The notes beneath the pieces are model-generated. The model did no database searches. It was not told the DNA's origin and was given only the letters and a program-made list of their open reading frames with translations. Positions 61,107 to 64,000 of a DNA stretch of 64,000 bases are shown in pieces. This DNA is from Felis catus. Taxonomy: Eukaryota. The translations under genes and the position numbers were made by a program. The stretch is from NCBI RefSeq assembly GCF_018350175.1, contig NC_058383.1, forward strand, positions 2,542,001 to 2,606,000, read 5' to 3'. Numbering within the stretch: the stretch's first letter is position 1; each line of letters opens with the position of its first letter.

Positions 61107-61984
61107 CCCAATCGCGATTTTTACCTTCCGCCTTTCTGGATGCCTTCTGAGCTGTGACCAGACACGGGAAGTCTATGCGTTCTTGCCGTGACATCAAGCC
61201 AAGGTCAGAGTTTCGGCCAGAAACTGATCGCTGTCTCGTGGCATCCGAGGGACTGGCTGCTCTGGACTTCTCGGAAGCAAAAGCTGATGAGGAGCCACGT
61301 GTGGCTGGTGGCCTCCTGCAGAAGCGGCCGCGTGGCTTAGACGCGTCGGGAGCCTTGCACCCCCTGGCCTCCCCCCTGCATGTCTCCTCTGGTCTCCTGT
61401 GCCTTCCCGGCTCCCAGGACTGACTGTGTCGATGGGAGTCTCCACCGTCCAGAGCTCAGCCATGCGGCAGTGAGCGAGAGGCCAGAAGCCAGCCACCGAG
61501 AGCTCACAGGGCAGAAGGGAGGGACCACAGATCCCAGTGTGTGCGTGATGAGTTAAGGCGGGTGCCCCAGGTCTGGGGGAGGTGACTTCACGCCTGAGCC
61601 CGGAAAACTGGAGAGGAGGCGACCAGGGGGCACGCGGGAGGGGAAGGCGAGCAGGTGGGCAGCGGCACAGATTTGAGAGGGTGAGAGGTCTCGTTCTGTT
61701 CTGCGCGGAGCTGGGGGCGTGGGAGGGAGGGCATCGGGGGAACCGCGGCCAGTCTCAGGACTGAGTCCTCTCCAGCCAGAGGGCAACGTTTCAAGCACTG
61801 GAGGGCCTTGCTTGAGTTTGCATTTGAGACTTGGTACAAAGTTTCACAACAGGTGTCATTTATTAAGAAGCAGCCCCGGGCCAGCACCTCGCGGGGCCCA
61901 GAGCACTCAACACGGGGCTCCGAATTCCCTCCTCCCCGTCCCTCACCCCTGCAACCGCCAGTGAATTATGGGTCCTGCCGCAGC

Positions 61985-62340
61985 CCCCTCCTCGTCTACC
62001 TGGCCTCGGGTGGCCCCATCCGCTTTCCCCCCTACAGCCCGTGAACTTCCTAACATGCCCATGTGTCACTTTGCTTCCTGTGGACAACCCCACGCGACCT
62101 CCCGCTGATCTGAGGACAAAGCCCAAGCCCCTCCCCTGGCCCGCGGGGTGCCACGTGGTCTGGCTTCTGTCCACCCCACCACCGGTGCTTTCCTCCCCTG
62201 CCGCTGGGCCCTCCCATCCGGCTGTGGACGCCTTCGTTCCTCCTCTGCCCTCGGCTGCCCTGCACACGTGCTCCCCTCTGCCTCGAACGCTCTGCCCCCA
62301 GCTGCCCTCCACACCGCCCCCCTTCACCACCTGACCGCTC
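61985..62340 (+). mobile_element. L2 fragment
   Basis: CATGTGTCACTTTGCTTCC...GAGGACAAAGCCCAAGCCCCTCCCCTGGCC...GTGGTCTGGC. Confidence 0.65.
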
Positions 62341-62464
62341 TTTCTCCCGCGCTTTTCGGGGGAGACGAAGCTTCCTCCCTCAAGGCTTTCTGGAGCCTCG
62401 CGTCCTGGACAGGTGCCTGTGGCCGACACTGCTGTGTTCTATTTTCCACAGCCGACCTCATCAA

Positions 62465-62975
62465 CAGCCCTCCTCCCCCCGGTGGCTCTGTGATCTTGCC
62501 CCCCGTCTGCCACCCCCATCGAGACCAGGGGGCCTAGCTCCTTCCCTCCCCTCAGATGCGGGCAGGCCTTAGCGACTGTTGGCTCGCGGCCAACAGAATT
62601 CGGTGGAAAGGATGCTGCGTGACGCCGGGGCTCTGTCGCCTGGGGCCGTGCAGGTGGCCCACTCTTCGGACGCTCATCTCAGATGCTCCTCTGGGAGCCC
62701 AGGTGCCATGCTGTCAGGAAGCCCGAGCCGCACGGAGAGCCCGGCCTTCAAGACGTTCTAGTCCAGGAGCCAGATGTGATGACAGAAGCCTCCAGATGAT
62801 TCAGGCCCTCGGCCATCCGATTCACCCCAGTCACCTTCCCAGTTGAGGGAGCGGAGAGGGGCCATCCCTGCCATGCCCTGTGCAAAGTTCTGCCCCACCG
62901 AATCCCCGAGCGCGCAAAATCACGGTCGTGCCGTGTCCTTAGGTTTGTTAACACAGCGATAAACAAGTGGCTACC
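62465..62975 (+). mobile_element. MLT1H/F-like LTR
   Basis: GGCCAACAGAAT, GCCATGCTGTCAGGAAGCCC, CTCCAGATGATTC, GTTTGTTAACACAGCGATA. Confidence 0.7.
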
Positions 62976-62979
62976 AAAC

Positions 62980-63404
62980 ACCCGTCCCACATTTCCTCTT
63001 CCTTGCTGAAAGAATTCTGGTCTTGTTCGGAGTGGCTGTGTGCCCACCCAAGCACTGGCTCTTCTCGCCTGCCTTGCAGCGGGGGTGGCCGTGTGACACA
63101 GTCGAGGGTTCTGAGAAAGCGTTTCCCTTCCTGTTAAGAGGAAACAGCACGGCTTGTGCTCCCATGCTTTCCCCTTTCTGCCTGGAAGGAGAGCGTGATG
63201 GCTGGAGCTACAGCAGTCCTCTTGTGATCCTGAGGGAAAGTTCCAAGAGATTTGCCAACATGTGGGTTTGACATCATGGAGTGACTGAACCGACACCGAC
63301 AGCCACCTCCCTGGACCTTCCTGTTAGGTGGGAGAAAGGACTCCGTTTGGGTCTGAGGCTCTGCAGCCAGGATTTTGCTCTCTGCAGCGGATGTGTTCCT
63401 GACT
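62980..63404 (+). mobile_element. MLT1J/K-like LTR
   Basis: CCTTGCAGCGGGGGTGGCCGTGTGAC, GTGATGGCTGGAGCTACAGCAGTC..CTTGTGATC.TGAGGG. Confidence 0.7.
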
Positions 63405-63454
63405 ACTTCCACACTCCTCATCTGCGCTGACACTTCTATCCCTCGAGCTCATCT

Positions 63455-63570
63455 CCCCACCAGAGGTAAGCTCTATGTGGGTGGGGGCCACGTCTGTCCC
63501 TTCTCCATCATGTCTATCAAGCCCCGAGTGTGGCATATTGGAGGCGCTTAAATGTTCCCTGAATGACATC
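63455..63570 (+). mobile_element. L2 3' terminus
   Basis: GTAAGCTCTATG...TGGCATATTGGAGGCGCTTAAATGTT...TGAATGA. Confidence 0.7.
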
Positions 63571-64000
63571 CAGTCAACGAAGGTCTGACGATTTCCAGAG
63601 CCTCAGAGACATTTCTAGCCTGTCAGTGTCATGGGCAAGGTCTCTGATGCCCACTCTAGCACCCCCTGTCCCCAGGGTCGCGGGAAGCCTCACTTTTCCT
63701 TGTAGTCGGACTTGGGTCAGGCGGAGGAAACGTTTCTCACCACAGAGCTGTGTGGGAAGCTTCCTCCCCTGCATTTCTTCCCTCTGGTATTAACAAATGT
63801 TAATTTCCCGCAATGATCGTTGGCCTTTCGAGTGCCCTTTACAGTGCTATAATTTTGTGACTTCACTGAAAACACCAACCTTGTAATTCTACTTGGCCTT
63901 ACAGAAAAATCCTTGGAGGATGTGTTCTAAGTCAGGGGGAAGTCCAGGTAATTTTTTTTTCTTTTTTTTTTTTTTGCTCATAGGGTCTATTCCGCTTCGT

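Noticed and set aside
1..64000. CRISPR arrays, operons or prokaryotic defence systems
   Set aside because: The sequence is mammalian, and no regularly spaced repeat-spacer array or gene-dense structure is present.

Overview
Mammalian nuclear DNA, almost certainly from a felid (cat family), judged from about 27 carnivore tRNA-derived SINEs of the SINEC_Fc type and felid-type L1 3' ends. The window is GC-rich, repeat-dense and essentially non-coding. I recognise no cellular protein-coding exon; the only identifiable protein sequence is decayed LINE-1 ORF2 (about 29.5-30.7 kb and 60.7-61.1 kb, plus older fragments). It contains Can-SINEs, old and young L1, L2, MIR, HAL1, MaLR/ERVL LTRs (MLT1, MLT2, MER21, LTR16-like), hAT MITEs and microsatellites. 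The most interesting non-repeat features are (i) a CpG-rich promoter or first-exon candidate on the minus strand at about 19.5-20.2 kb and (ii) several AT-rich, homeobox/Fox/Sox-motif-dense unique blocks upstream of it that resemble conserved enhancers of a developmental gene desert. Other points worth checking are strong AT-to-GC drift in old repeats, a target site reused by two SINEs, a candidate micro 3' transduction, probable SINE-associated deletions and twin perfect palindromes. I cannot support a claim of a wholly new biological system. Repeat subfamily names come from my recall of consensus sequences, and boundaries of old elements are approximate.
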